NCBI GenBank assembly: GCA_963713865.1 | Contig: OY970208.1 | Coordinates: 480,001 to 544,000, forward strand | Direction: 5' to 3' | Origin: an uncultured candidate division Zixibacteria bacterium | Lineage (GTDB): Bacteria > Zixibacteria > MSB-5A5 > RBG-16-43-9 | Length of the DNA stretch: 64,000 nt | In this document: positions 9,862-20,689 of the stretch, in pieces | Position numbering within the stretch: the first letter of the stretch is position 1 | Layout: the number at the start of each line of letters is the position of its first letter | Notes under the pieces: model-generated | Told to the model about the DNA's origin: nothing | What the model saw: only the letters and a program-made list of their open reading frames with translations | Databases searched by the model: none | Translations under genes and position numbers: made by a program

Positions 9862-10598
9862 TTATGTATCGCTCTGGCAAAATCTTTCAAAATCCTATCA
9901 TCTCCCTTTTCTTCTAAGGCATTCCCGATCACCACAAAATTTGCTCCGGCTCTTACCTTAAAATGTGCAGTTTCCGGGTCTCTTATTCCACCACCGATTA
10001 TCAGAGGTATGGTGATAAATTTCTTCACCTCCTTAATCAGAAAATCAGGTACTGAATTTTCTGCTCCGGAGCCTGCATCCATAAAGACAAATTTCATTCC
10101 TAAATATTCTGCAGCAAGAGCGTGTGCACAAGCAATGTCCGGTTTATTTGGAGGCAAGGGGAAGGTATCGGACATAAACTGGACCGAGGTCATCTTTCCG
10201 GATTCGATTAACATATAGCCAGTCGGGATCGGCTCTATACCAAACTCCTTTATCACCGGTGCGGCTTTTACCTGTTCGCTGATCAAAAGATTCGGGTTTC
10301 TGCCGCTTATCAGGGATAAGAATAAAACTGCATCCGCATATTTAGAGATCTGGTTGGCATTTCCGGGAAAGATAATAACCGGCAGCTTAACCTTCTCCTT
10401 TATCTTTTTAATCGCTTCATCGAAATGAGTGGATAAAAGTAAGCTTGAGCCGACCAGGATTCCGTCTGCTCCCCCTTTCTCTGCCCGATAAGCTAAATCT
10501 GCAATCCTTTTGGGGTTTAATCTGTCCGGGTCTAACAGGACTAAGAAGCCTGCTTTTTTCTGTCTAATTATCTTTAATAATCTCTGGTAAACTTTCAA
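9858..10598 (-). CDS. Geranylgeranylglyceryl phosphate synthase family protein (group II-like)
   Basis: LLDPD, ILVGSS, IFPG, FLSLISGRNP..LI..Q, PTGYMLIE, DAGSGA and IGGGIR motifs; likely TTG start at 10598. Confidence 0.88.
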   Translation of the reverse strand: MKVYQRLLKIIRQKKAGFLVLLDPDRLNPKRIADLAYRAEKGGADGILVGSSLLLSTHFDEAIKKIKEKVKLPVIIFPGNANQISKYADAVLFLSLISGRNPNLLISEQVKAAPVIKEFGIEPIPTGYMLIESGKMTSVQFMSDTFPLPPNKPDIACAHALAAEYLGMKFVFMDAGSGAENSVPDFLIKEVKKFITIPLIIGGGIRDPETAHFKVRAGANFVVIGNALEEKGDDRILKDFARAIHK

Positions 10599-10648
10599 TT
10601 TCCCCTCATCTTGTATATGGAGTTCATCTTCCTTCAGAATACTATTTG

Positions 10649-10738
10649 TGTCATTCTGAGGGAGCATAAGCGACCGAAGAATCTGTGTAATGATGGGAGA
10701 GATTCTTCACCCCGCATTTTGCGGGGTTCAGAATGACA
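10649..10738. repeat. TGTCATT...AATGACA palindromic element (family B, MITE/RPE-like)
   Basis: Terminal IR TGTCATTCTGA/TCAGAATGACA and internal GAAGAATCT/AGATTCTTC; copies at 18988, 43158, 51504, 59887. Confidence 0.8.
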
Positions 10739-10763
10739 AATAATACATTTAATATTTACACGG

Positions 10764-13385
10764 TCAATGCACTCCATAAACCATCTTTTTAATTATCTCC
10801 GGGATACTGGATAATGCAAAATCCAATTTGTTTATATCTTTTCCTCCTGCCTGGGCTAAATGGGGTTTTCCTCCACCACTCCCACCGGTAAGTTTTGCCA
10901 CTTCTTTTACGATTTCACCAGCCTTAATCCCCTTTTTAACCAAATCATCTGTCACTACAACCACGAAAGAAATTTTATCTTCTAAGACAGTTGCAAAAAC
11001 TCCAACTGAGGATTTTAGATTTTCCCTGAGCGCATCTGCCAGGTTCAATAAGTATTCTCTGTTCCCCTTTTCATCTTTGTATGATATTATCTTTATACCC
11101 TCTAAGTCAAAGGCATTCTGATATAACTCTTTAATTTTATCCTTGGCACTTACTGCTTCTGCTACTTTTACTTTCTTCTCCATCTCTTTACTGGATTCTA
11201 AAAGCTTAGTCACCTTTGTCCCTAAATCCTCTTTGTTAACCTTGAGGATAGCGGAGAGCTCCTCTAATGTTTTTTCTTCTTTTTTAATCAGCCCATAAGC
11301 ACCTTTACCGGTAACTGCCTCAACCCTTCTCACCCCTGTAGCAATACTACTTTCGGAGATTATCCTGAACAAACCAATTTCTCCTGTGGCTTTGACATGA
11401 GTTCCACCACAAAGCTCTCTTGAATCATCTATCTGAACGACCCTGACTGTATCCTCATATTTCTCCCCGAACAAAGCCATTGCTCCGAGCTTTTTTGCCT
11501 CATTCAAGCTGGTGTTGAAGGTTTTGACTTCTAAGTTCTCCCAGATTTTCTGGTTAACCTTATATTCTATCTTTTCTATTTCCTCCTCAGTTAAATCCTT
11601 AAAATGAGTGAAATCGAACCTGAATCCATCTTGACTTACCAAAGACCCTGCCTGATGAACGTGTTCCCCTAAGGTTTCCCTCAGAGCTTTATGTAAAAGA
11701 TGAGTGGCAGTATGATTTCGCATTGTAGATTTGCGTCTTTCAGAATCTATCTCAGCAAAAACATTTTTACCTATCTGTTTACTAATATCTCCCTTTTTTA
11801 CTTCCCCTAAATGAATGATATGACTTCCCTGCTTAATAACCTGTTTAACCACAAATTCGAAATCTTCATTTTTTATCACACCAGTGTCGGCTATTTGCCC
11901 TCCAGCTAATGCATAGAAAGGTGTTTTATCCAAGACTAACCCTTTACCATCATCAGAAATTAATAAGATTTTAGATTCTTTTGTCGAAAAACTTTCATGT
12001 CCCGTGAAATCAGTTGATGACACAGAAGAAACTATAACTTTAGGAAAACCAAAGGATTCGGAGGAAGGAATGCCAAAAGGTTGTATTTTTGATCTTTCTC
12101 TTTGTTTTTCCAATTCTTTTTTAAAACTTTCCATATCCACAGAAAGATTTTTTTCTTTTGCCATCACCTGAGTAAGATCAATCGGAAAGCCATAAGTGTC
12201 ATAAAGCTTGAAGGCTTCTTCACCAGGGATTACTTTTTCTCCTTTTTTTATTACCTTCTCTGCGACCTCTTCAAAAAGCTCAATACCTGAATCAAGGGTT
12301 TCGCCGAACCTTTCCTCTTCTGATTTTATCACTAGGGAGATATGGTTTTTCTTAGCCTCAAGCTCCGGATAAGCCTTACCCATCAACTTCACCACCACAT
12401 CTGAGAGTTCGGACAAAAAAGGTTTATGTAAATCCAAAGGCCTGCCGTGGCGTGCGGCTCTTCTCAGGATTCGTCTTATGACATAGCCCCTTCCTTCATT
12501 TGAGGGGATGGCACCGTCTGCTATAGCAAAGCTCAAAGCCCGGACATGGTCTGCTATTACCTGAAACGAGTCAGAGTGAGCCGATTTCTTATATTTTTGT
12601 CCGGAGATTTCCTCTGTTTTTTTGATTATGGGTTGAAAAAGGTCAGTATCGTAATTTGAATCTACGTTCTGCAAAAGTGCAGTTAATCTCTCAAAACCCA
12701 TTCCGGTGTCAATGGTTTTGGAAGGTAAATCGGTCAGTTTTCCATTTTCGTCCCTATAATATTGCATAAAGACTAAATTCCAGATCTCGATTACCCTGCC
12801 GCACCCGCAGTTCACTCCGCAGTCAGGCTTGGAACAGGCATATTCTTTTCCCCGGTCATAATGAATCTCCGAGTCGGGTCCGCAGGGACCAACTTCTGCC
12901 ATCTCCCAGAAATTCTCCTTCTCATCAAACCTTAAAACCCTTCCTTTTTTGATATCCGTATTCTCATACCATAATTTCTCGGCCTCATCGTCTTCTATGA
13001 AAACAGTTGCCCAAAGCTTTTCCTTTGGTAGCTTGCACACTTCGGTCAAAAACTCCCAGGCATAGATTATGGCTTCTTTCTTGAAGTAGTCTCCAAAAGA
13101 CCAGTTGCCCAGCATCTCGAAAAAAGTATGGTGATGGGTGTCTTTCCCCACTTCTTCCAGATCGTTGTGTTTTCCTGAGACCCGGATACATTTCTGAGAA
13201 GAGGCAGCTTTTTTGAAATCCTTTTTCTCCAGTCCCAGGATGAGTTTTTTGAACTGGTTCATCCCCGCATTGATGAAAAACAGAGTCGGATCGTCCTGCG
13301 GAATCAAGGAAGAGCTGGGAACGATCTTATGCCCCCTTTCTTCAAAATATTTTAAAAATTTTTCTCTGATCTCCGTACTTTTCAT
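10764..13385 (-). CDS. alaS: Alanine--tRNA ligase
   Basis: NAGMNQFK, HHTFFEMLGNWSFGDYFK, HTATHLLH, ELCGGTH and GGGKP motifs. Confidence 0.98.
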   Translation of the reverse strand: MKSTEIREKFLKYFEERGHKIVPSSSLIPQDDPTLFFINAGMNQFKKLILGLEKKDFKKAASSQKCIRVSGKHNDLEEVGKDTHHHTFFEMLGNWSFGDYFKKEAIIYAWEFLTEVCKLPKEKLWATVFIEDDEAEKLWYENTDIKKGRVLRFDEKENFWEMAEVGPCGPDSEIHYDRGKEYACSKPDCGVNCGCGRVIEIWNLVFMQYYRDENGKLTDLPSKTIDTGMGFERLTALLQNVDSNYDTDLFQPIIKKTEEISGQKYKKSAHSDSFQVIADHVRALSFAIADGAIPSNEGRGYVIRRILRRAARHGRPLDLHKPFLSELSDVVVKLMGKAYPELEAKKNHISLVIKSEEERFGETLDSGIELFEEVAEKVIKKGEKVIPGEEAFKLYDTYGFPIDLTQVMAKEKNLSVDMESFKKELEKQRERSKIQPFGIPSSESFGFPKVIVSSVSSTDFTGHESFSTKESKILLISDDGKGLVLDKTPFYALAGGQIADTGVIKNEDFEFVVKQVIKQGSHIIHLGEVKKGDISKQIGKNVFAEIDSERRKSTMRNHTATHLLHKALRETLGEHVHQAGSLVSQDGFRFDFTHFKDLTEEEIEKIEYKVNQKIWENLEVKTFNTSLNEAKKLGAMALFGEKYEDTVRVVQIDDSRELCGGTHVKATGEIGLFRIISESSIATGVRRVEAVTGKGAYGLIKKEEKTLEELSAILKVNKEDLGTKVTKLLESSKEMEKKVKVAEAVSAKDKIKELYQNAFDLEGIKIISYKDEKGNREYLLNLADALRENLKSSVGVFATVLEDKISFVVVVTDDLVKKGIKAGEIVKEVAKLTGGSGGGKPHLAQAGGKDINKLDFALSSIPEIIKKMVYGVH

Positions 13386-13411
13386 ATCATTTTAATTAGT
13401 TAAAACTATAT

Positions 13412-13465
13412 TGGAGTATAAACCCTTAGGTTTATAAAAAGGTAAAGCTAAAGTTTTACACTCCA
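13412..13465. repeat. Family A REP doublet overlapping the recX stop
   Basis: TGGAGTATAAACC..GGTTTATA / GGTAAAGC..TTTTACACTCCA. Confidence 0.8.
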
Positions 13466-14112
13466 GCATTTTCTTCTGAAACCTCCACATCTTCTATTTT
13501 TAATACCTCTTTAACAATCTCATACGAAAAACCTCTTCTTAATAAGAAACTCATCATTCTTCTTTTAGCAACATTTTTATTCAGGTTTTCATATCTTTTC
13601 TTTCTTTTCTCTAAAAGCTTTTTAGCTAAATTTAACTCCTCGTCTTCGTCTTCAAAATAATCCTTCAGGACTTTTTCGATAATCTCTTCTTTTATCCCTT
13701 TTTTCCACAACTCCTGTTTCAAAAGGGTCCTACCACGAGGTTTATTCGAGATCCTATCTCTTATCCAGGCAGAGGTAAATTCATAGTCGTCGAGCAGATT
13801 TACCCTTTTTAAATCTCCTATCACCTCATCAATTATATCCCGTGCGAACTCTTTTTTCTTTAGCTTATCCCTGACCTCTTTTTCGCTTCTCATCCGGTAA
13901 GATAAGAATTTCAGTGCTGCATCTTTCGACTCTTTTTTTACCTCAGACTTAAGTATCTGGTCAATTTCCTTCTGGTTAAGCTCCTCCCCAATTTTTAACC
14001 CATATTTATATAAAACCTCTTCATCCAGACCAAAGGCAAACTCTCCATCTAAAAAAATTGATCTTCTTTTAGGGTTTTTCTTCTGGGGTTCTATTTTGGT
14101 TATGCGTGGCAT
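13456..14112 (-). CDS. recX: Regulatory protein RecX
   Basis: ITKIEPQKKNPKRRSIFLDG, LSYRMRSEKE and LLRRGF motifs; downstream of recA. Confidence 0.9.
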   Translation of the reverse strand: MPRITKIEPQKKNPKRRSIFLDGEFAFGLDEEVLYKYGLKIGEELNQKEIDQILKSEVKKESKDAALKFLSYRMRSEKEVRDKLKKKEFARDIIDEVIGDLKRVNLLDDYEFTSAWIRDRISNKPRGRTLLKQELWKKGIKEEIIEKVLKDYFEDEDEELNLAKKLLEKRKKRYENLNKNVAKRRMMSFLLRRGFSYEIVKEVLKIEDVEVSEENAGV

Positions 14113-14140
14113 CCTGAAAAGGTTTAAAGATAATCCACTC

Positions 14141-15196
14141 CTATTTCCCTTTATGTTTTACGATCTCCTCCGGTTCTTTTTCTTCTGCTTTTGTTTTAAG
14201 ATTCAGCTCTTTCTTTAGATCCTGTTCTATCTTCTCTGCAATATCCGGATTATCCTTCAAGAGCTGTTTGGCATTATCCCTTCCCTGACCCAATCTTTCG
14301 TCTTTATAAGATAGCCAGGTCCCGCTTTTCTCTAAGACTTTATGTTCTACACCCAAATCGATCAGCTCCCCTTCCCTGGAGATACCTTTCCCGTAGATTA
14401 TATCAAACTCTGCCTCTTTAAAAGGAGGGGCAACTTTATTTTTTACTACCCGGACTCTGGTTCTGGAGCCGGTTATATTTTCTCCTTCTTTTATGGAGGC
14501 GATCTTCCTTATATCCAGCCTGATTGAGGAATAAAATTTCAAGGCGATTCCGCCAGTGGTAGTTTCCGGGTTTCCGAACATAACCCCGATCTTCATCCTG
14601 ATCTGGTTTATAAAGATCACACAGGTTCTGGATTTACTTATTGTTCCGGTAAGTTTCCTCAAAGCCTGGGACATAAGCCTTGCTTGAAGTCCCATGTGCG
14701 AATCTCCCATCTCCCCTTCAATTTCTGCTTTGGGGACTAGTGCGGCAACTGAGTCAATGACGATTATATCGACAGCTCCGCTTCTAACCAAAGTCTCAGT
14801 GATCTCTAAGGATTGTTCTCCGGTATCAGGCTGGGAGATTAAAAGATTATCTATATCCACACCTAAGGCTTTGGCATAATTCGGATCTAAAGCATGTTCT
14901 GCATCTACAAAAGCGGCAACCCCTCCTGCTTTCTGAGCCTCTGATAGGATATGCAGAGCTAAAGTAGTCTTGCCAGATGCTTCTGGACCGAAAATTTCTA
15001 CCACTCTCCCTCGTGGAACACCTCCAACACCTAAGGCAGAATCTAAGGTAATCGAACCGGTGGAAATCACCGGAATAGATATCCCCAAGCTCTCACTTCC
15101 CAATCTCATTATGGAGCCTTTGCCAAACTGCCTTTCTATCTGGGTAACGGCCTGGTCCAGTGCTTTTTTCTTCTCATCTGATTGATGCATGGTCAT
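14141..15196 (-). CDS. recA: Recombinase A
   Basis: [33 protein letters not shown] and KNKVAPPF motifs. Confidence 0.99.
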   Translation of the reverse strand: MTMHQSDEKKKALDQAVTQIERQFGKGSIMRLGSESLGISIPVISTGSITLDSALGVGGVPRGRVVEIFGPEASGKTTLALHILSEAQKAGGVAAFVDAEHALDPNYAKALGVDIDNLLISQPDTGEQSLEITETLVRSGAVDIIVIDSVAALVPKAEIEGEMGDSHMGLQARLMSQALRKLTGTISKSRTCVIFINQIRMKIGVMFGNPETTTGGIALKFYSSIRLDIRKIASIKEGENITGSRTRVRVVKNKVAPPFKEAEFDIIYGKGISREGELIDLGVEHKVLEKSGTWLSYKDERLGQGRDNAKQLLKDNPDIAEKIEQDLKKELNLKTKAEEKEPEEIVKHKGK

Positions 15197-15216
15197 ATTT
15201 TCCTCACTTTCTAAAT

Positions 15217-15774
15217 TCAAGTAAAAAGATTTATTTTCTTGAGAGGCGTATAGATTGCGCCGGCTGGATAAAGCTCGGATTTCATTACCACCACCTCTTT
15301 GATTTCGATCTCCTCAGTTTGGAAACTTGTGTTTTTGATAAGCTCAGTAAGTTTATCAATATTTTTAGGAGATTTGACCCTGCCAATAGTTAAATGAGGG
15401 GAGAATTCCCTGTCTTCTTTTGGAAAACCTATCTTTCCCATCTCATCTTCAATCTTTTTTTGCAGCAGGGATAATTCCTGTTTTCCTTTATCAACCCCTA
15501 TCCATACCACCCTGGGTCTTTTCATATTCGGGAAACAGCCTAAATCCTTCAAACTTAATTTGAAAACTTTCATTCCTTCTAAAGCTGTTTTTGTCCCTTC
15601 AAAAACCTTTTCGATTTTTTCTACCGGAACCTCTCCTAAGAATTTTAAGGTTGCATGCACGTTTCCTGGCTTTACCCAGGATACATCGGTGCTGATCCTC
15701 TTAAGAGGATTCTGCAGTTCCTCGATTTTTTTCTTCAGGTCTGCTATAAGCTCAACTGCTACAAAGGTACGCAT
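15217..15774 (-). CDS. thpR: RNA 2',3'-cyclic phosphodiesterase (2H family)
   Basis: MRTFVAV start; two HxT motifs ([14 protein letters not shown]). Confidence 0.9.
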   Translation of the reverse strand: MRTFVAVELIADLKKKIEELQNPLKRISTDVSWVKPGNVHATLKFLGEVPVEKIEKVFEGTKTALEGMKVFKLSLKDLGCFPNMKRPRVVWIGVDKGKQELSLLQKKIEDEMGKIGFPKEDREFSPHLTIGRVKSPKNIDKLTELIKNTSFQTEEIEIKEVVVMKSELYPAGAIYTPLKKINLFT

Positions 15775-15838
15775 TTTATTTAACCTTTGAAATGCATTGA
15801 CCGAGCCAATGCTTTTATCCTCTATGGTGGTTCCTTTT

Positions 15839-15865
15839 GTAGGGGCGTATTGCAATACCCCCTAC
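15839..15865. repeat. GTAG REP
   Basis: GTAGGGGCGTATTGCAATACCCCCTAC. Confidence 0.8.
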
Positions 15866-15878
15866 TGCTCTAAAATTT

Positions 15879-17114
15879 TTATTTTAACATAAAAAGTCTC
15901 ACTAAATTCAAAGCCGCCTGGGCGGTTCTCTCTCTTATCGCCTGTCTATCTCCTCCGAAAACGAATTTTTTAGCAAAGGAATCGTTCTCGTGAGCAAACC
16001 CGACATAAACCAAGCCAACCGGTTTTTCCTCTGATCCTCCAGTAGGTCCTGCAATGCCGGTGGCAGATAGACCATAATCAGTATTTGAGATTTTCTTTAC
16101 CCCTTCTGCCATTAAGATTGCCACCTGCTCGCTAACTGCGCCGTATTTTTCTATGATCTCTTTTGGAATCTTTAAAAGCTCGATTTTAGCTTCATTGGTA
16201 TAGGCTATCACACCGCTTATGAAATAGTTTGAGCTTCCGGAAATATTGGTGAGTTTTGTTCCGATTAACCCTCCAGTGCAGGATTCAGCTAGTGAGATGG
16301 TCTTCTTCCTACTCTGGAGTGATTTTCCTAGAACTTCTTCTAAGGTCTCCTGGTCTATTCCGTAAATATATTCATTCAAAATTTCCCTGACCCTTTGCTC
16401 TATATCCAAAATATTTTTATGGGCTAACTCTTCGGTCTCAGATGTGATTCTCAGTTTGAGGTCTACTCCGGAAAAACCTGGTAAAAAACCGATTCTTACC
16501 GGGCTTTTAAGTTTTAAAATCGGCTCTATTTTTTCATATATAGCTGACTCAACTATGCCCGTGGTTCTTAAGACCTTTTGCAGGGTGAATTTCTTAGTGG
16601 ATTTTGATTTCAAAAAAGGTAAAATCTCGTTTTCAAAAATAGTCTTCATCTCCAGAGGGACACCGGGAAGAGCAAAGAACAGCTTTTTCCCTTCCTGGAT
16701 AAATATCCCTGGAGCCGAGCCATACTGGTTAGACAGAGCCTTTGCTCCCTGTGGTAGAAGGGCTTGATTCTGGTTGATCTTGGGCATCTCGATCCCCCTT
16801 TTCTTGAACCCTTCCTCCACTTTCTTTAAGATATCCTCGTGAAAGACCAGATTCCTTTTGAAAGCTTTGACTATACCTTTTTTAGACAGGTCATCATTGG
16901 TTGGTCCAAGACCCCCGGTAGCGATAACCAGATCCACCCTTTCCAGGCTAAGTTTGATAGCCTCGATTATCCTTTTTAAATCATCACCCACTGAAGTCTT
17001 AAAAGCCACCTCAATCCCCAGGCCAGAAAGTCTATCTCCAAGGAAGGCTGAGTTGGAATCTAATATCTCTCCGTGGATTATCTCATCTCCAATCGTAATT
17101 ATCTCTGCTTTCAT
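15879..17114 (-). CDS. cinA: Competence/damage-inducible protein CinA (MocF domain + NMN deamidase)
   Basis: IGDEI, TGGLGPTxDD, PGVP, AESCTGG, GAVSE and TGIAGP motifs. Confidence 0.95.
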   Translation of the reverse strand: MKAEIITIGDEIIHGEILDSNSAFLGDRLSGLGIEVAFKTSVGDDLKRIIEAIKLSLERVDLVIATGGLGPTNDDLSKKGIVKAFKRNLVFHEDILKKVEEGFKKRGIEMPKINQNQALLPQGAKALSNQYGSAPGIFIQEGKKLFFALPGVPLEMKTIFENEILPFLKSKSTKKFTLQKVLRTTGIVESAIYEKIEPILKLKSPVRIGFLPGFSGVDLKLRITSETEELAHKNILDIEQRVREILNEYIYGIDQETLEEVLGKSLQSRKKTISLAESCTGGLIGTKLTNISGSSNYFISGVIAYTNEAKIELLKIPKEIIEKYGAVSEQVAILMAEGVKKISNTDYGLSATGIAGPTGGSEEKPVGLVYVGFAHENDSFAKKFVFGGDRQAIRERTAQAALNLVRLFMLK

Positions 17115-17601
17115 AGCTTTAAAATCCTCGCGTAGATTAAAACATGCATAATGATGTTAGTATAAATCCCGGCTACAACATCATCTAAGGTTACCCCTAA
17201 ACCACCTTTAAGTTTTTGACAGGCATTAGCTGGAGGTGGTTTTATAATATCCAATAACCTGAAAATTACAAAAGCTAATATATATAAAAAAGTTCTTTTT
17301 GGCAAAAACAAAAAAGAAATTAACATCCCACAGCTTTCGTCGATTACTATCCTTCGATCATCCTCCCCGAAAAATCTTTCCACCTCAGTTGCAGACCATA
17401 AACTGATAATGAAAACTATAAGAGTGATCCGCCTAAAAGATAAAAGTTCTCAGGTATAAAAAACCAAACCAGGATGAGGGTTAGAAGGCTTCCCCAGGTT
17501 CCGGGGAATGGTGGTAAATATCCTGCCCCCAAAAGAGTGGCAAGGAGAACCTGGATTCGCCGAATTAGACCCAGGCGGATTTTAAGTTTGTCCGACTCTA
17601 T
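17111..17601 (-). CDS. pgpA: Phosphatidylglycerophosphatase A, frameshifted at about 17428; start uncertain
   Basis: LATLLGAGYLPPFPGTWGS in the upstream frame; IVIDE, FRLLDIIKP and GGLGVTLDDVVAG in the downstream frame. Confidence 0.85.
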
Positions 17602-18185
17602 TTTAACACCCCTTTCAGCAATGGGATATTTTTCACCAGGTAATCTATTCCGGTTCCTAAAGTCAAAAGCATACTGATAAAGACTAAAAGGTCGAATATT
17701 TTAAAGACCATCGGGCTGGTAAAAAAACTCCAGTTATATCCTAAAGGGACCATAGTGGTTTTCAGATTTGTGAAGATTAAGATTATGCTGATAACTAACA
17801 TCTGGGAAAAGGTCTTCACCTGTGCCAGAACAGTAGGCATAATCACCATACCCTTATATGCGGCTAAGCTCCGCAACCCGGTGATAAAAAACTCCCTGAC
17901 GATTATCACCAAAATCATCCAGGCTTTAACGTAGCCTAAAGCCACAAAAGAGATAAAAGCAGTTGAGACCAGGATTTTATCAGCTAAGGGATCCATAAAC
18001 TTCCCGAAACCGGTTACCACTCCGTATTTTCTGGCAATGTACCCATCATAAAGATCAGTTAATGCTGCAAATAAGAATATAATAGTGGCAAAATAGCGGG
18101 AATAGACATTATTTACCAGAAAGAAGACCATAAATACCGGTGAAAGCAGAATCCGGGCTATGGTAAGTTTATTGGGTAAATTCAT
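17598..18185 (-). CDS. pgsA: CDP-diacylglycerol--glycerol-3-phosphate 3-phosphatidyltransferase
   Basis: MNLPNKLT; DxxDGxxAR...GKFMDPLADK motif. Confidence 0.95.
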   Translation of the reverse strand: MNLPNKLTIARILLSPVFMVFFLVNNVYSRYFATIIFLFAALTDLYDGYIARKYGVVTGFGKFMDPLADKILVSTAFISFVALGYVKAWMILVIIVREFFITGLRSLAAYKGMVIMPTVLAQVKTFSQMLVISIILIFTNLKTTMVPLGYNWSFFTSPMVFKIFDLLVFISMLLTLGTGIDYLVKNIPLLKGVLK

Positions 18186-18204
18186 TTTTCTTTAGTAGTT
18201 GTTT

Positions 18205-18430
18205 GTAGGGACAGAACACTGTTCTGTCCCTATATTACTGTGACCCCAAAAAGGTCGCACTCAATAGTTGTGTCAGGAACTCCTGACGAAACAATACAGG
18301 TTTGGTAAATTTAACTTTCTTAGCCTTCTCAGTCAACAAAAAACCGCTTTTGGGAATTTAGCTGGTAGTAACAGAACACTATCCTGACTTTGAGATATTC
18401 ACTTTTGCGACCACGCAAGGGTCGTACTAC
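18205..18430. repeat. Cluster of GTAG-type REP hairpins
   Basis: GTAGGGACAGAACA-C-TGTTCTGTCCCTA, GTCAGGAACTCCTGAC, GCGACCACGCAAGGGTCGTACTAC. Confidence 0.7.
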
Positions 18431-18975
18431 GAATGGCAGACTTTGAGATAATCGAAATTCCAATCCCCCACAGAATCCCGTAAAAAGCACCAGCTAAAAC
18501 ATCAAGGGGATAATGCACCCCTACATAGATGCGGGAGAAAGAGACCAAAAGTGCAATGGACAGCCAGATAATCCAGAACCCTCCTGTAAAAAAAAGTCAA
18601 AATTGTACCAGCTCCGAAGATATTAGCCGCATGAGAGGAGGGGAAGGAGCCGGAGTGGGAACATCCGGCTAAAAGATGAACTTCGGAAAAAACATTGCAG
18701 GGTCTGACTCTGCCAATCCAGGATTTGAGCCAGAGATTCACCGAAGCATCGGTTATTCCCAGGATGATCAAAAGTAAAATCGCACATATTTTTTCCTTTT
18801 TTCTGCCGAAGATAAGCATTGCCAGTATAATCAAGATAAATGGAATTCTCCAGTATTTAAACTCAGTTAAAACCGGCATCAAGAAATCAAAAAACCCATT
18901 CTGCAGTTTCAGATTGATAAAAAGAAAAAGCTCTTTATCCAGCTTGGTTAAAAAATCTATCAGTGCAGTAAACAT
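18399..18975 (-). CDS. PAP2-family phosphatase, frameshifted at about 18580
   Basis: KxxxxRxRP and SFPSSH in frame 1; SRIYVGVHYPLDV in the next frame. Confidence 0.85.
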
Positions 18976-18987
18976 AATCTCATTTCC

Positions 18988-19092
18988 GTCATTGCGAGGA
19001 GTCCCTACCAGGGGCTACGAAGCAATCCGCCCGTGACAGAGTAAAGGGATTGCTTCGTTCTCCCGCATATTGCGGGATCGCTCGCAAAGACA
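18988..19092. repeat. Family B palindromic element (GTCATTGCGAG variant)
   Basis: GTCATTGCGAG..GAAGCAATCC/GGATTGCTTC..CTCGCAAAGAC. Confidence 0.8.
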
Positions 19093-19110
19093 GTTTGTGA
19101 TATTGAAGTG

Positions 19111-20064
19111 TCATACTTCGCGAAGCGAAGTATCCCTTCGTCTTCTCAGAAAATTCTCCACTTCTTTTAAACTCGGTATCCCTTCTCTGCCACCTAATTT
19201 CCTGCATTTCAAAGCCGCGCAGGCAGAGGCGAATTCGATAATCTTTTCCATTTTCCATTTTCTTAATAACCCGAAGATAAATGCTCCGTGAAAAACATCT
19301 CCTGCCCCGGTGGTGTCGACTACATCAATCTTAAATCCCGGAAAATAGTTTACCTTCAGAGAATCGGTCCACAAACATCCTTTTTCAGATAATGTGGTGA
19401 CCACACATTTGAATCCAATCTTTTTCAATCTTAAACAAGCCTGACTTAAATCCTTAAGTTTAGTATAATCATAAGCAAATTTCCTGGAAACAACTAAATA
19501 ATCCACGTAAGGAAAAAGGGATTCTATATTTTCTCTCAGGCTGCCTAAGTCCAATATGACCTCAGAACCGTCCTTTCTCGCTTTTTTAGCCAGGGAAATA
19601 TTTGCTTCTATGTCTCTACCATCCAGATGAAGATATTTGAACGAAACTTCTTTCAAAAAGGAAAGCTCCTCTGGTTTAATCGGGCTCATCTTTGTTCGGT
19701 CCAAAGCTACAGTCCTTTTGCCGCTGTTTTTATCCACCCAGATGAAAGCTTTCAAGCTTTTCACTTTTTTATCCACGATTAAGTAATCTGTATTGACTTT
19801 AAACTTTTCCAACTCGGAACAGATGAGTTTCCCTTCATAATCGTCTCCGACCTTTCCCGCAAAAGCTGCTTTTGCACCTAATTTTGTCAGAGTTGCCATT
19901 GCGGTTGGAACAGGGCCACCTCCCTGAACTGAAGAGACTTCTACATCGATTTTTTCATCCAGTCCCGGATAAGGGTCTAATATGGAAAGGTAATCCAAAG
20001 CACAGATTCCAAAGCCCAGGCAATCCCATAAGGGATCCGTAGGATCAAAATCAAATTTTTTCAA
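19111..20064 (-). CDS. PfkB-family carbohydrate kinase
   Basis: GGGP..AM..L..LG, GKVGDD and DTTGAGDVFHGAF motifs. Confidence 0.9.
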   Translation of the reverse strand: MKKFDFDPTDPLWDCLGFGICALDYLSILDPYPGLDEKIDVEVSSVQGGGPVPTAMATLTKLGAKAAFAGKVGDDYEGKLICSELEKFKVNTDYLIVDKKVKSLKAFIWVDKNSGKRTVALDRTKMSPIKPEELSFLKEVSFKYLHLDGRDIEANISLAKKARKDGSEVILDLGSLRENIESLFPYVDYLVVSRKFAYDYTKLKDLSQACLRLKKIGFKCVVTTLSEKGCLWTDSLKVNYFPGFKIDVVDTTGAGDVFHGAFIFGLLRKWKMEKIIEFASACAALKCRKLGGREGIPSLKEVENFLRRRRDTSLREV

Positions 20065-20689
20065 ACTCGATTTCTCCTCTGGTATTGTTCTTTAACTCAT
20101 TCTGTAGTCTTGAAAAGACTCCTTTGTTAAAATCTATTTCCATTCTTGCTCTGTCTCCGAAAGCTAATTTTTTGACTTTGACTTTTTCTCTATTTAGGAC
20201 CTTTTGAACCTGATCATAAAATTCTTTTGGGAAAATTAAGATGAGTCTTTCTCTGTTTTCTTTTTTGATTAGAATACAGCTTTTTAAAACCTTTAAGGCG
20301 CTTTCATAATATGCCCTGGAAAGGCCACCGGTGCCTAATTTTATCCCACCGAAATAACGGGTAACTACTACTAAAATATCTTTTAAATTCTGTGACTTAA
20401 TAGCAGATAAAATTTGTTTCCCCGCAGTTCCGGAAGGTTCGCGGTCATCGCTGGATTTTGAAATCTCTCTTTCTGAGATAACATAGGCATACGGGTTATG
20501 GGTGGCATCGTGAAATTCTCTTCTTATCTTTTCAAGAAATGTCTTAGCCTCTTCTTCCGAATTTACCGGTATGGCCGAGGCAATAAACTTAGAACCTTTG
20601 ATTAGAAGTTTATCCCTGCTGGATCCCTTGATACTGAGACATTCATTCCGATTTTGGGTCCGAAGGATCGGATTTCTTATTTCCTTCAA
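20051..20689 (-). CDS. YigZ/IMPACT family protein
   Basis: KGSKFIA, ATHNPYAY, SDDxEPSGTAG and VTRYFGGIKLGTGGL motifs. Confidence 0.9.
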   Translation of the reverse strand: MKEIRNPILRTQNRNECLSIKGSSRDKLLIKGSKFIASAIPVNSEEEAKTFLEKIRREFHDATHNPYAYVISEREISKSSDDREPSGTAGKQILSAIKSQNLKDILVVVTRYFGGIKLGTGGLSRAYYESALKVLKSCILIKKENRERLILIFPKEFYDQVQKVLNREKVKVKKLAFGDRARMEIDFNKGVFSRLQNELKNNTRGEIEFEKI

